DNA from: Isurus oxyrinchus
Lineage: Eukaryota
Assembly (NCBI GenBank): GCA_026770705.1
Contig: JANJGN010000026.1
Span: 29,822,001 to 29,886,000, forward strand
Direction of reading: 5' to 3'
Length of the DNA stretch: 64,000 nt
Below are positions 22,987 through 34,891 of this stretch, in pieces (position 1 is the stretch's first letter; each line of letters opens with the position of its first letter). The translations under genes and the position numbers were made by a program. The notes under the pieces were generated by a model that worked only from the letters and a program-made list of their open reading frames with translations, was not told where the DNA came from and did not search any database.

Positions 22987-25900
22987 ATAGCCACACCTGC
23001 TGAGTTTTTCCAGGTATTTTTGTTTTTGTTTTGGATTTCCAGCATCAGCAGTTTTTTGCTTTTATCTTAGTGTTTAATTGACTGGCACTTCTCTTCAAGG
23101 AATGCCTACCTTGAAGAAGTTTTGCTCTTCTCTCCGTCAGGATTTTTGTATCTCTCTTTTGTCTGTTCACCTTCATTGCTTTCCATTTCTCTCCTGTTCG
23201 AAAAGTTGTTTACTAAAACCCGCTTTCACAGCCATATCTCCTTTCTCAGTGACTGTCTCCATCTCCGACTTACCCCACGTGGATTTGAACTGAAATTCCA
23301 TCCCTCATGTTTCGAACCCACCCAGGATTACAGGTATCTCCGGGACATACAATGCTCCTCGGACTGCTGTTCCCGTCACATTCTGAGATCCACACTCAGT
23401 GCCATGTGCCGCCATATGAACATACTCAACCACTCATTCCAGCAGCACCGCTGCCCCCTTTCTCAAAGCTGCGCGTGCCCTCAGTTTCATTTTATTCTTC
23501 ATCTCATCTGATGCCTCAACAAGAAACTTTGTCTCTTTCTTTCAGGTGCAAGGGAACGCAAGCTCCAACAACTCATCGACACCAACACCCATCCAGGACC
23601 CTCCACCCCTGCCTGTCCCACTGTCCCCATCCCGTCTTCCAATCCCACCCCCGGCCGTGTATTCACCATACCACCTGACCTTCCCCTCTCCGATGCTGAG
23701 TGGTCAGTGCTCAGCAAAGGACTTAGTTTCATACTCTTATGCCCTCATCTCAATGAATTTTGGGCTTGGCACGTTGCTGAACTCTTCTTCCACCGCCTTT
23801 GTCTCCGTGCCCACTTCTTTGGGCAGGAGTCCTCTCCCCATGCAACAGATCCCTTTACCCACCTCCAATATTCTCTCTCCACCTGGACCCCTCTCTCTGG
23901 ATTCTTACCTTCTCTTGATCTTTTCATTGAGAACTGTCGGCGCGACATTAGTCATCTCAATTTCTCTGCTCCACTCACCCATTCTAACCTCTCTGAACTT
24001 GCTGCACTCCATTCTCTCAGGTCCAACCCTGACATTGTGATCAAACCCGCTGACAAGGGTGGTGCTGTTGTTGTCTGTCGCACTGACCTCTACCTCGCGG
24101 AGGCTGAGCATCAACTCGCAGACACTTCCTCCTACCTCTCCCTGGACCATGACCGCACAATTGAACATCACGCCATTGTTTCCAGGACTGTCATTGAGCT
24201 CAGCTCCTCTGGAGGTCTTCCTTCCAAAGCTTCCAACCTGATAGCCTCCCAACCTCGGACCCCTTCTACCTACTAGCCAAAATCCACAAACAGGACTGTC
24301 CCGGCAGACTGATCGTGTCAGCTTGTTCCTGCCCCATGGAACTAATTTCTTGCTATCTTGACGCCATTCTCTCTCCCCTTGTCCAGTCCCTTCCCATCTA
24401 CATCCGTGATTCCTCTGACACCCTACATTATATCAACAATTTCCTGTTCCCTGGCCGCAAACGCCTCCTCTTCACCATGGACGTCCAATCCCTCTACACC
24501 TCCATCCCCCACCGGGATGGTCTGATGGCTCTCTGCTTCTTCCTCAAACAGAGGCCCGAACAATCCCCATCCATCACTACTCTCCTCCGTCTGGCTGAAC
24601 TTCTTATCACACAGAACAATTTCTCCTTAAACTCCTCTCACTTCCTCTAAATAAAAGGTGTGGCTATGGGTACCCGCATGGGCCCCAGCTATGTCTGTTT
24701 CTTTATGGGGTATGTAGAACATTCCTTGTTCCAGTCCTACTCCGGCCCCCTTCCACAACTCTTTCTCTGGTACATCGATGATTACTTCGGTGCTGCTTCA
24801 TGCTCTCATCTGGACCTGGAAAAATTTATTAATTTTGCTTCCAATTTCCACCCCTCCATCATTTTCATATGGTCCATCTCTGACACTTCCCTTCCCTTCC
24901 TTGACCTCTCTGTCTCAATTTCTGGTGATAGACTGTCCACCAATATCCATTAGAAGCCTTCGACTCCCACAGATACCTCGACTACAGCTCCTGCCACCCG
25001 TTTCCTGTAAGGACTCCATTCCATTTTCTCAGTTTCTTTTGCCTCCGTCGCATCTGTTCTGATGATGCCACTTTCAAAAACAGTTCCTCTGACATGTCCT
25101 CCTTCTTCCTTTACTGAGGTTTTCCACCCACGGTCATTGACAGGGCCCTCAACTGTGTCCAGCCCATCTCCCGCGCATCCACCCTCACACCTTCTTCTCC
25201 CTCCCAGAAAAATGATAGGGTCCCCTTTGTCCTCACTTATCACCCCACCAGCCTCCGCATTCAAAGGTTCATCCTCTGCCATTTCTGCCAATTCCAGTGT
25301 GATGCCACCACCAAACACATCTTCCCTTCACCCGCCCCTGGCAGCATTACATAGGGATTGTTCCCTCCGTGACACCCTGGTCCACTCCTCCATCACCCAC
25401 TACACCTCAACCCCTCCCACGGCATCTTGCCATGCAACCACAGAAGATGCAACACCTGCACCTTTACTTCCCCTCTCCTCACTGTCCAAGGGCCCAAGCA
25501 CTCATTTGAAGTGAAGCATCATTTCACTTGTACTTCCCTCAACTTAGTCTACTGCATTAGTTGCTCCCAATGCAGTTTCCTCTACATTGGAGAGACCAAA
25601 CGCAGACTAGGTGACTGCTTTGCAGAACACCTTCAGTCTGTCCGCAAGCATTACCCAGACCTTCCTGTCGCTTGCATTTCAACACTCCACCCTTCTCTCA
25701 TGCCCACATGTCCGTCCTTGGCTTGCTGCATTGTTCCAGTGAAGCTCAACGCAAACTGGAGGAACAGCACGCCATCTTCCGACTAGGCACTTTACAGTCT
25801 TCTGGACTGAATATTGAGTTCAACAATTTTAGATCATGAACTCTCTCCTCCATCCCCACCGCCTTTCCGATTTCCCCCCCCCACCCCTTTTTGTTTTTTC

Positions 25901-26331
25901 CAATAATTTATTTAGATTTTTCTTTTCCCACCTATTTCCATTATTTTTAAATGTCTTTCCATCCATTGTTTTATCTCTACCTTTTAGCCTTTTTTGATTC
26001 CTTCACTCCACCCCACCCCAACTAGGGCTATCTCTCTTGCTCATCCTGCTTTCTACCCTTAATTAGCACATTCCTTTAGATAATATCACCACCTTCAACA
26101 CCTCTTTGTCCTTTTGTCTGTGACATTTTTTGGTTATCTCCACCTGTCGCTGGCCCTCTATCCATCTCTTCTTGTTCCACCCACCCCCTTAAACCAGCTT
26201 ATATTTCACCCCTTTTCTATTTTTCCTTAGTTCTGTTAAAGAGTCATGTGGACTCGAAACGTTAACTGTGTTCCTCTCCACAGATGCTGGCAGACCTGCT
26301 GAGTTTTTCCAGATATTTTTATTTTTGTTTT
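22987..26331 (+). mobile_element. Near full-length Penelope-like element, inactivated, in the J-to-supporting-V intron
   Basis: Broken ORF with IVIKPADKGGAVV, FTMDVQSLYTSIP, GVAMGTRMGPSY, YIDDYFG and YIGETKRR (RT + GIY-YIG); short terminal direct repeat ACCTGCTGAGTTTTTCCAG; 8-bp TSD AGACCGAC at 22979-22986 and 26332-26339. Confidence 0.9.
26229..26267 (+). ncRNA. Degenerate minimal hammerhead-like motif of Penelope 3' repeat
   Basis: AGTT-CTGTTAA-AGAGTC-ATGTG-GACTC-GAAAC-GTT-AACT; core diverged from CUGANGA. Confidence 0.4.
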
Positions 26332-26452
26332 AGACCGACCTGGGGAGTTGACTGGAAATTGTCAATTAGATTTCGGGTGCATGGGGAATGGTCAGCAGTA
26401 AATACACAGGGATAAATCATTTGAGCCGAATGGATTATTCCTCTTTAGGCAG

Positions 26453-28025
26453 ATACTGTGTAAAGTAAAACGTAGGGAAAATTCCAACTAGACAGCCCGT
26501 GAATCACTAAATGGGCGGAAAAAATTGCAATTGTCCGAGAGGCGGAAGAGGCAGTTCCCAGTAAGTAACAGTAAAACCACAGCGGAAACTGAACAGACTG
26601 AAACCACCCGACAACTGAAAGAGTTTGGGACAAGTTCCCACGATTGCAACGTTCTCATGCAAGAAGCACAAACGGTACAAAGGAAATGTAGAAATAAAAT
26701 GAAACTAAATGTAAATATATAAAAATAAATGGAAAGGAGAAAAATTAAATCTATTGATAGAAGAACATATTTTTTTTTGCAAAGAAATGCTGATTGAAAG
26801 ACATTCAATCAATATTTCACCTTACGATTACTTTTACAGAACCTTGGTCTCTTAAATTTAAGCTGCTACAATTTGAGTATTAGTAATAATGACAGCAATA
26901 TGTATCCGTGTTCCCACATTGCAGACGATGACTCGGGTGATCGGCCTCTTAGAATTCATGTTGCACGCAGATCACTGTCACTACCTGCTGAAGGGACGTC
27001 TCATTGTGTTAAAAGTGTTTTAAAAACAAGTTGTATTTGTGGTAGCTCTGAGGCAAAACATGTTTACGTCATGCGCTGTTCTGCGCTGTTTCAGGCCTGC
27101 ACCATTCAGAATCAGAAGGAATTTCGACAATATTTCATGTGCAAAACTTGTGTATGGAGCAGAAAGGTATTTTCAGCTCTTTATTTTCTTTTCCGCTGAA
27201 TCAGATGAGGTTTATGTCTTCGATTGCACATTGGGGATCAGCGGCAGCTCATCGGGTGCTACTCAAATGTCGATTCAACACTCGACGACGTTTGAGTGAC
27301 GTACGTTCGGCCAAAACCGTGTGAGGTCCTGCGCTCCTGAAGTCGTTCGTTGGCCCGTTTATGCCCATTGGGTACCTACCTGGATTATTCAGTAGCCGCA
27401 TGTCTTTCTCCCCGTCAGTTTCCAGGAACATTTGACCGCGGCCGTTTCACAAGACTTATTTCAACAGAACGTGTTGTTCGATCCGGGACAGTTTATACAC
27501 AATGACAGGATTTCACCAAGGCAATGAGTGTGAGCTTTAAATCAAGTCCCAAACACAGTGTCCATCCCCATTTCACTGTCCCTCTGAGTGTGGCTTCGTG
27601 TTTTATCACTGGAACTGGAAACTGAATTATCCAGACCTGAAAATCAAACATTGCTTGCTAGAATCATCATTTCACTATTTCTCATTTGGACCGAATAGAG
27701 TTTTCATATTCTTCAGATCCTGTACAATGTAAAACTTAGAGAAAGCTCCGCCCAGAGAACCCGGGACAGAATCAGTCAATGGACGGAAAGAACCGAAATT
27801 GTCAGAGGGCCGGCAGAGGCAGTTCCCAGTAAGTAACAGTAAAACCACTGCGGAACTGAACAGACTGAAACCAACCAACAACTGAGAGACTTTGGGACAA
27901 GTTCCCACGATTGTGAGAAGCGCGATCAGCACAAAGTAAACGTAAAAATGAAGGGGAACTGAATGTAAAAATTTCAAGTTAAATGGAAATTGAATGAATT
28001 GGACCCTGTTGATGGATGAAAATAG
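26453..28025 (+). repeat. Dispersed direct duplication of ~300 bp (26453-~26760 and 27717-~28025), each with an exon-like segment
   Basis: Both share GAGGCAGTTCCCA|GTAAGTAACAGTAAAACCAC..TTTGGGACAAGTTCCCACGATTG. Confidence 0.75.
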
Positions 28026-28656
28026 GGAAATGGAACGGACGGCAAATTGAAACTCCAGGACAGTATTAAACTGCAGCAAATATTTGACCTTTGACCATTG
28101 ATGTTCACTATCAGTTTGGCCCAATCGGATCATTAAGCTCATCGCTTTTTGATAGATCTTGCTCGATCAATTATTTTTGGAAACTGATTAGGTCATTGAT
28201 AATAAAACATTCCTTCGGGTTTGTCTCTCACCAAGGAAAATACAAACAGAAATTTAACATACAATCACAGAAACATCCAACACGGAAGGATGACATTCGG
28301 GCACTTGCGTATGGGCTGCCCCTTTAAAAGTGCAATCCAATTGTCCCCGCTAGCCAGGCATTTTGCCCGTAGTCCTACATTTATCCCTGTTCCAGCACAG
28401 ATCCATCATCCTTTTGAAAGTTACTATTGAATATGCTCCTACCACACATTTTCACCGCGCATTCCAGATCGGAAGAATTTGCTCTGTAAAATAAATGATC
28501 ATCCTCCTGTATCATCTTGACCACATTTAATAACCGTGAATACGGTTCGAACAGGCACCAAGTGAAGGAAATTACCGCAAAATCAAGAGCTATTAACAAA
28601 TTCCCCCGGGTAAACAGTAGTTAAGCCAACAAATAATGTTTAATTTTACCCTACAG

Positions 28657-28962
28657 ATTCCAGTTTTCTGGTATCCCGGAGTCCGCATCTCCAAACCGGT
28701 GCTGCCGATGACACTGTTACTTTAAGCTGTGAATATTCAGGGTTCTGTCAGTACACAGTACACTGGTACCGTCAGTCCCCAGGACAGGCTCCGGAATACC
28801 TGCTTGAGAGACACACTTCAGGAGAGGAGAACAAAGAAAACGCTGCCGTGGGTAAAATTTTTGCTTCTATCGATTCTGCCGAGAAAAGCAGCCGGTTAAA
28901 GATCTCCAAACCACAACTGAGCGACTCCGCTGTGTATTACTGTGCACTGAGTCGACGCACAG
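28657..28962 (+). CDS. Leaderless supporting TCR-delta V exon of the NAR-TCR cassette
   Basis: Acceptor CTACAG ending at 28656, in frame with the J donor; DSSFLVSRSPHLQTGAADDTVTLSCEYSGFCQYTVHWYRQSPGQAPEYLLERHTSGEENKENAAVGKIFASIDSAEKSSRLKISKPQLSDSAVYYCALSRRT; canonical C/W/C plus an extra CDR1 Cys; no ATG, so absent from the ORF track. Confidence 0.92.
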
Positions 28963-29001
28963 CACAGTGATACAGAACACGGAGACATCTGTACAAATAC
29001 G
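28963..29001 (+). other. 23-bp-spacer RSS of supporting V
   Basis: CACAGTG-atacagaacacggagacatctgt(23)-ACAAATACG. Confidence 0.9.
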
Positions 29002-30377
29002 CAAATATGGTGGGGATTGCACTGCTCCAAAACTCACCATGATGCTCAGTGGATTCTGAAACACGGGCCCCATTTCCTCAGTGGGTTGAAAGGTCATGAA
29101 TATCGGTGTCAAACAGGTGAAAGGCAACATGTTATCAGAATAAAAAACATAGCAGCAACAGAGTCTCAGGCCCACAACAGTAACTTCATAAATCCTGGAC
29201 CACATGGCATGGGACACAACACACCCTTCGCGTGAACAGTGGAGTTACATGAGGGAACCACCTGAAACATGCACAGGAATTTACATCGCTGCGAGCCATG
29301 AGTGGAAATGGCAGCTTCGATGACTGACTGACAGGTTGTAAGTAAATTTTCATCCCCCCACACCCCCACACACCCCCCACCCCGCTCCCCCACACCCCAG
29401 CCCGCTCCTCACCCCACCCCCAGCACAACCCCCCCCCCCCCCCCCCCCACCCCGTGAATCAACATCACAGAAGGAGATCACCAAGTCATTCTCACCTTGT
29501 TGCTAATGGAAGCTTTCCGTGTGTAAATTGCCTGTCATTTTTCCCACATATCGACACTCCACAGCCTTCTTTGACTGTTAAGTGCTTTGTAAAGTTCTGA
29601 TGTCATGAAAGGCACTTTATAACTGCATGTTCTTTTTCATTCTCTATTGCCAATCAGAGCCGGAAGATGGGACTGAATTCGTATACTGAATGCTGTGTTC
29701 ACCGTTACATTAAAACTCAGTATTTGGACCTTCTCTCTCTCTCTCTCTCTCCATTTTTGTCGCTCTCTTTGAGTGTCCTTGTGTCATTCTGTAGCTCTTT
29801 ATTTCCAAATCTCTGTCTCTGAATTGATGTGCATCTTGAAGGAAGTTGAAGAAAGAAATATACAGACAAATTAAAGAATATAGTAACAAACAGAACATTA
29901 ATAATAGTGCTTGCACCACCTAGTATTACTTCACCAGAAGTATGTAAAGGGGCTAAGGAATGGAGTTCCCATAATGTGCACTGTGGTCTTTATAAAGCAA
30001 AATGCAAAAAAAAGAACAACAAGGTAATGGGGAATGAAACAAATTAGGGCGAGACGTAAAGCCAGAGGAACATCTAGGCATTGCTGACCATAACATAATA
30101 ATGCTTTGAGATGGGGATAGGGGTAGATAAAATTTTGACGGAACCAACTAACCACCTGGTTGATTGAAGGCTGGGCCGGTAATTCCAGTGAAGCTGGGAT
30201 GGTCCAGTGATTGAGGAAATGAACATAAATATGAATAAATGAATGCTCATGTGCGTTTGAACTCCATTTCTGGGTGATTATTTACCAGTGCTGCTCCTAC
30301 TTTTGTTGATTAAGGAAAATGGAGGTAAGATACTGAAGTTGATGGGCAGAGCAAAGATTCTCTTAGTAAATGCCGAG

Positions 30378-31035
30378 CAGGCGTGAGGGGCTGAATGGCC
30401 TCCTCCTGTTCTTATACAGAAATATTATGTCTCCAGATGCATCGGTTTTTCCGATGGAGAGAGATGCAGAGAAGGGGAAATTCAGATAGACAGAAAGAGA
30501 GAATATTGGAGTAACAGGGAAATAACGAGCAATTTATGTAAATAAATACATTTTGGCGCAGTGTGTGACAATGAGGGATGAGTTGAGGGGTTTAAAAGGC
30601 AACCTTAGAAAATCAGTTATTGGTGCTTGAAGACAATTGGGATTTAATTAAAGGCAATTGATTAAAAACATTAAATACTGTAGTGTTAAACAAAACAATG
30701 TCATAAAATGGGCGGGTTTATGAACACCTACTATTTCTATATTACATCTCCCCATTTTCTCATTGTTCAATAAGAACAACTAATAAATAAAGGGGAATGC
30801 AGGAGACTGCCGCTGTCAAAAACCACACTTTTCTAACCTTCTAACCCCAGTGCCTGAGAAACGTGCAGCTGTAAACCGTTTTCACTGTTCAGTTTCCTTA
30901 TTCTATACATCACAGTAAAACGAGCGGTTTCTGCAATGCGGTCGCCGACAGCTCGATGATCAGTAGAACCGGATTTAGTCATATTAAAATCACACAATGG
31001 GACAAAATTAAAACACAATTTGCTGGAAATCAGAA
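30378..31035 (+). repeat. ~660 bp block with an inverted paralogue at 50228-50901
   Basis: For example TGCTTGAAGACAATTGGGATTTAATT here and its reverse complement AATTAAATCCCAATTGTCTTCAAGCA near 50631-50656; collinear across the block. Confidence 0.85.
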
Positions 31036-32989
31036 ACTGAACCGGAGGATTTTATAGAATGAGCTGCGGGCTCTCTCTTTGTCTGTCTGTTTCTCTATAT
31101 TTCTATATCTATCTCTTTCTCCGTCTGCGCCTCTCACGCTTTGTCAATCACGCGTTCTCCTTCTCCATCTAAATTTCTATCTTTGCCTGTGTCTCCCTCC
31201 GCTTTCTCTCGTAATTTATCTCTCCCCCTCTCTCTCTCTCTCTCTCGCTCTCTCTTGCTCTCTCTCTCGCACACACACTTTCTGCTCTATGCGTCAATCT
31301 TTGTCTCCAACGTCTGTATCTTTCTCAGTGTTTCGGCATATTTTCCTCCCTTTCTCTCCCTCTGTCTCTCACTTTCTCTCTTTTTTCTACTTTCCTTGGC
31401 TTTCGCTTTCCCTATAACAGGCTCTACTTTCATTGTTTCCAATCGAAAGTTACTGGTGCTGTCAGAGATAAAGATTCAGAGTTCACAAACTGAACTCCCT
31501 CCACTCAGGAAATATGGCAACCCAGTGATAGTTTCCGTTCGTGGCCTGTATCAGTTTGTATCACTGTGAATATTCAGCACACAGTAATAAATCCCACTGG
31601 CACTCAGCTCCACATCTGTCAGGGGTAAGCTGAAAAAACGATTAGATACTCGGGGTATTGAAGAGATTCGGCCTCCCACACGCCCTACTTCCTGCCCTCC
31701 CTCAGAATTCATTTTGATTAAAAGCACTGGCTCCTGCCCCGTTCTTTCTGCTTGAACAGATCATATCGTCGGCTGTCTGTGGAGTATGAACAAGGCAACA
31801 CCATATGTCCTTCCTCTATACATGATACTGATGATGCAGGTTGCTTAATTATATTTGAGTAGCACAGACTTTCGAATAGTCAATGAACAGAAGACAAATG
31901 CATGTTTAGGTCCTGGAGACATCAACTCGTTCCTTTCCTTCATCGCACCATCATAGGATGAGGCCATTCAGCACATCGTGGCTGTGTAGCCCCTTTGGTA
32001 GAGGCACCGAATTGTTACCACTCCACTGTTTGCTCCCCTTTGCCTTGCAAAAGTTTCCAATTATGTTTTTGACATTTAATATTGAAACTGCTTCCACCAA
32101 CCTATCCGGCAGTGAACTCCACAATACAACAACTTGGATTGCAAATAAATGGCTGCTCAGGTTGCCTCCGATTCTTTTGTAAACTAATCTAAATCCAAGT
32201 TCTCTGATTACGCAGCTTTCCGCCACTGGATGCAACTTCCCTTATTTATTCAAGTAAAACAGTTCATAATTGTCAATATCGCCGTCAAATTTCCTCCCAA
32301 TCTTTTATGTTGTACAGAGAACAGCCGCAGATTCTCCAGTCTCTCCACAAAGCTAAAGCCCCTCATCAGTTGTGCCTTCCAAGTAAATCACTCCCGCACC
32401 TTCTCCAAGACCCTCAAATCATTAATCATGTATGGTTCACATATTTGTACACAACAATCTAACTGAGACCTTACCAGCTTTGTAGAAACGTTTAGATTAG
32501 CATCCTTTTCCTCTTGATAAAACCAAGAATTTAAAATGTTATTTACAGGATTCTCAGCTGTCACTGCTAACTTCAAATGTTTGAGCACATTGCACCGTAT
32601 CCATCTCTCTGTTCCTACAGTGCTGATCAAATTGCGTCATTTAGTTTTTTTCAGATATCCTCATTATTCTCACCAAAATGCATCACTTCACAAATGCCAT
32701 CTGGTATGTTCCTGGCAAATGGAAATGTCCACGTCCTCCTGAAGTTTGTTACCATTTGCCTCATTGTTTATTACAAACCGAGACCTCTGTCATCTGCAAA
32801 GTCTAAACCAACTATACCAGCGGGTAAGTTATTACATCAATAATTTTACTGGATTATGGTTTACAAATAATTATTATTAATAAATCACTGGCCCAAGTAT
32901 CGAAGTTTAAGGAAGGCAGTTGTAAACTTCATCCAAATTAAAATGAATAATCAACTAGGTCTATCCATCGATCCAGCCCTCATTCACTT

Positions 32990-33400
32990 TCGCCTCTCTC
33001 CATCCACCCGCACATCCAGCTGTCCGTTGATGCATCAGACCGTCCTTCCGACCATCTGCCCATTCATCCATCCATCCATCCGTCCATACTCCTCTCCGTC
33101 CATCCATCCGTTTACCCAATCAACCATCGCTCCTTCCTGTGGTCCATCCATCCATCTGCCCAGCCATCCATGCATCCATCCGCCCATATGNNNNNNNNNN
33201 NNNNNNNNNNNNNNNNNNNNNNNNNNNNNNNNNNNNNNNNNNNNNNNNNNNNNNNNNNNNNNNNNNNNNNNNNNNNNNNNNNNNNNNNNNNNNNNNNNNN
33301 NNNNNNNNNNNNNNNNNNNNNNNNNNNCTTCTGTCCATCCTTCCAACCATTTGTCCATCCGACAACCTATCTATCCGACAGCCAATCCACCCATCTATCC
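32990..33400. repeat. Degenerate (CCAT)n simple repeat spanning an assembly gap
   Basis: ccatccatcc runs; N run at 33191-33327 (other gaps: 33500-33633, 42002-42150, 51013-51149). Confidence 0.8.
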
Positions 33401-34811
33401 AGCCCACATAATTTATTATTCCCCGCACCACAAGACCTCACTCATCAGACACATGTCTATTTTATGACATGTCTATCATTTTCTCTGTCTCACTGCTTCN
33501 NNNNNNNNNNNNNNNNNNNNNNNNNNNNNNNNNNNNNNNNNNNNNNNNNNNNNNNNNNNNNNNNNNNNNNNNNNNNNNNNNNNNNNNNNNNNNNNNNNNN
33601 NNNNNNNNNNNNNNNNNNNNNNNNNNNNNNNNNNCTCTTTTGCTCTTTCCTCTATCTGTCTCGTTTTCTTTCTCTCCTTTTCTCCCACAGATTTACGCCC
33701 CATGCAAATCCCCTCCCGTGCAAATTCCCCCTCCCTGCAGATTCCACCCACCATATTCAAAACGGTGATTGATGGATTTTTATTTGGTGATGGATAGATT
33801 TTTTAGGAGGTGGCGCTAAAAGGATCAATGATATTGGGACAAGCCAAGTTGACATTGAGGTCGAATCTCAGTCATGATCTTATTGAACTGCTCAATCCTG
33901 CTCCTATTTATTATGTCCTTAATAGCGCCCACCGTCCACGCTGTACCATCCCCCGACCTCCACTCTGAACTCTGACTGACCCTGCACTTTTGGGGACATT
34001 GAAGCATCGAATATTGCAATATTGGAGCCCTTAAACGGTGCAGTGCACAGCCCCCAGCTCAAGTGAAACTTCCCCCGCCAGTGCATACACACACTGACAG
34101 ACAGACACACATAAACACACATACACAGACACACATTCAAAAACGCCTGACTTGGTGTTTACAGGCTGGTTAAAGCCTTGGGGGGAAGCCGTTGGAATCG
34201 AGAAGCACAAGGGTTGGCATCTACTTTCTGGGATGGCTCCAGTGAATCGGCACCCCCTCCCTCCCACCCACCCCCACCCGACCCCCAACAACAGCTCCTC
34301 ACCCCAAACCCCGTTTCCATCATCAACACAACATCGAAGTTAGGTCAGAGGGGGGGGAAAGAGAATGAAAAATAAATAAATAAAAAATGTGGAGCGATCC
34401 ACAATGACCGAATTACTGGTTTCCAAAATCAGCCTGATCCCGTTGTCGGAGATGAGTGTATCAGTTGTTCCATATGTCGCACATGATTAAACCCAATCAC
34501 AAGATCCATGTTACCCGTCCCCTCCACACCTCCGGGCAAAGCCGCTCCCTTGTCTGGGGGATGGATCAGGCCGGTGAATACACAAGACGTGACTTTATTA
34601 TGCGGCGCTGGGTGGGTTGGGGAGGGTACAGACTCAATCTGTGAATATCCAGGAGGAGAAATCAGGGCGAAACTGACTGAATGGGAAAGGGGGTAAGGGT
34701 CCTGGTTCGGGGGGCTGTGGGGATGGTGATGTAGGGTGACCCAGGTTAACATCACGGGGTGGGGAGGAGGGAGGGAGGCTGTGTGTTGAGAGCAGTTGGT
34801 ACCGTCCCGTA

Positions 34812-34891
34812 GGTTATTCTACAAGCGTTCAAGGAGATTCACTTACTGTTGGTCCCAGCTCCCCACAGTGATACAAGTCAGTACAAAAGCT
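34812..34891 (-). other. D segment GGGAGCTGGGACC (34863-34851) with 5' 12-RSS and defective 3' 23-RSS
   Basis: Plus strand CACAGTG(34864)-12-ACAAAAGCT; on the other side the minus strand reads AACAGTA-23-AGAATAACC; 12-D-23 geometry as in TCR-delta/beta D or shark IgH D1. Confidence 0.75.

Noticed and set aside
27554-27595. Perfect heptamer CACAGTG
   Set aside because: No nonamer at 12 or 23 spacing and no coding segment adjacent
31079-31569. Hydrophobic Ser/Leu-rich ORFs (also 39898..40527)
   Set aside because: Translations of CT-rich simple repeats
31560-31615. TGTGAATATTCAG..ACACAGTA..CACTGG resembling the supporting-V CDR1 region
   Set aside because: Too short and gapped; no flanking V framework or RSS
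34090-34117. CACACTG-12-ACATAAACA RSS-like match
   Set aside because: Lies within a CA-rich microsatellite and no J/D motif is adjacent
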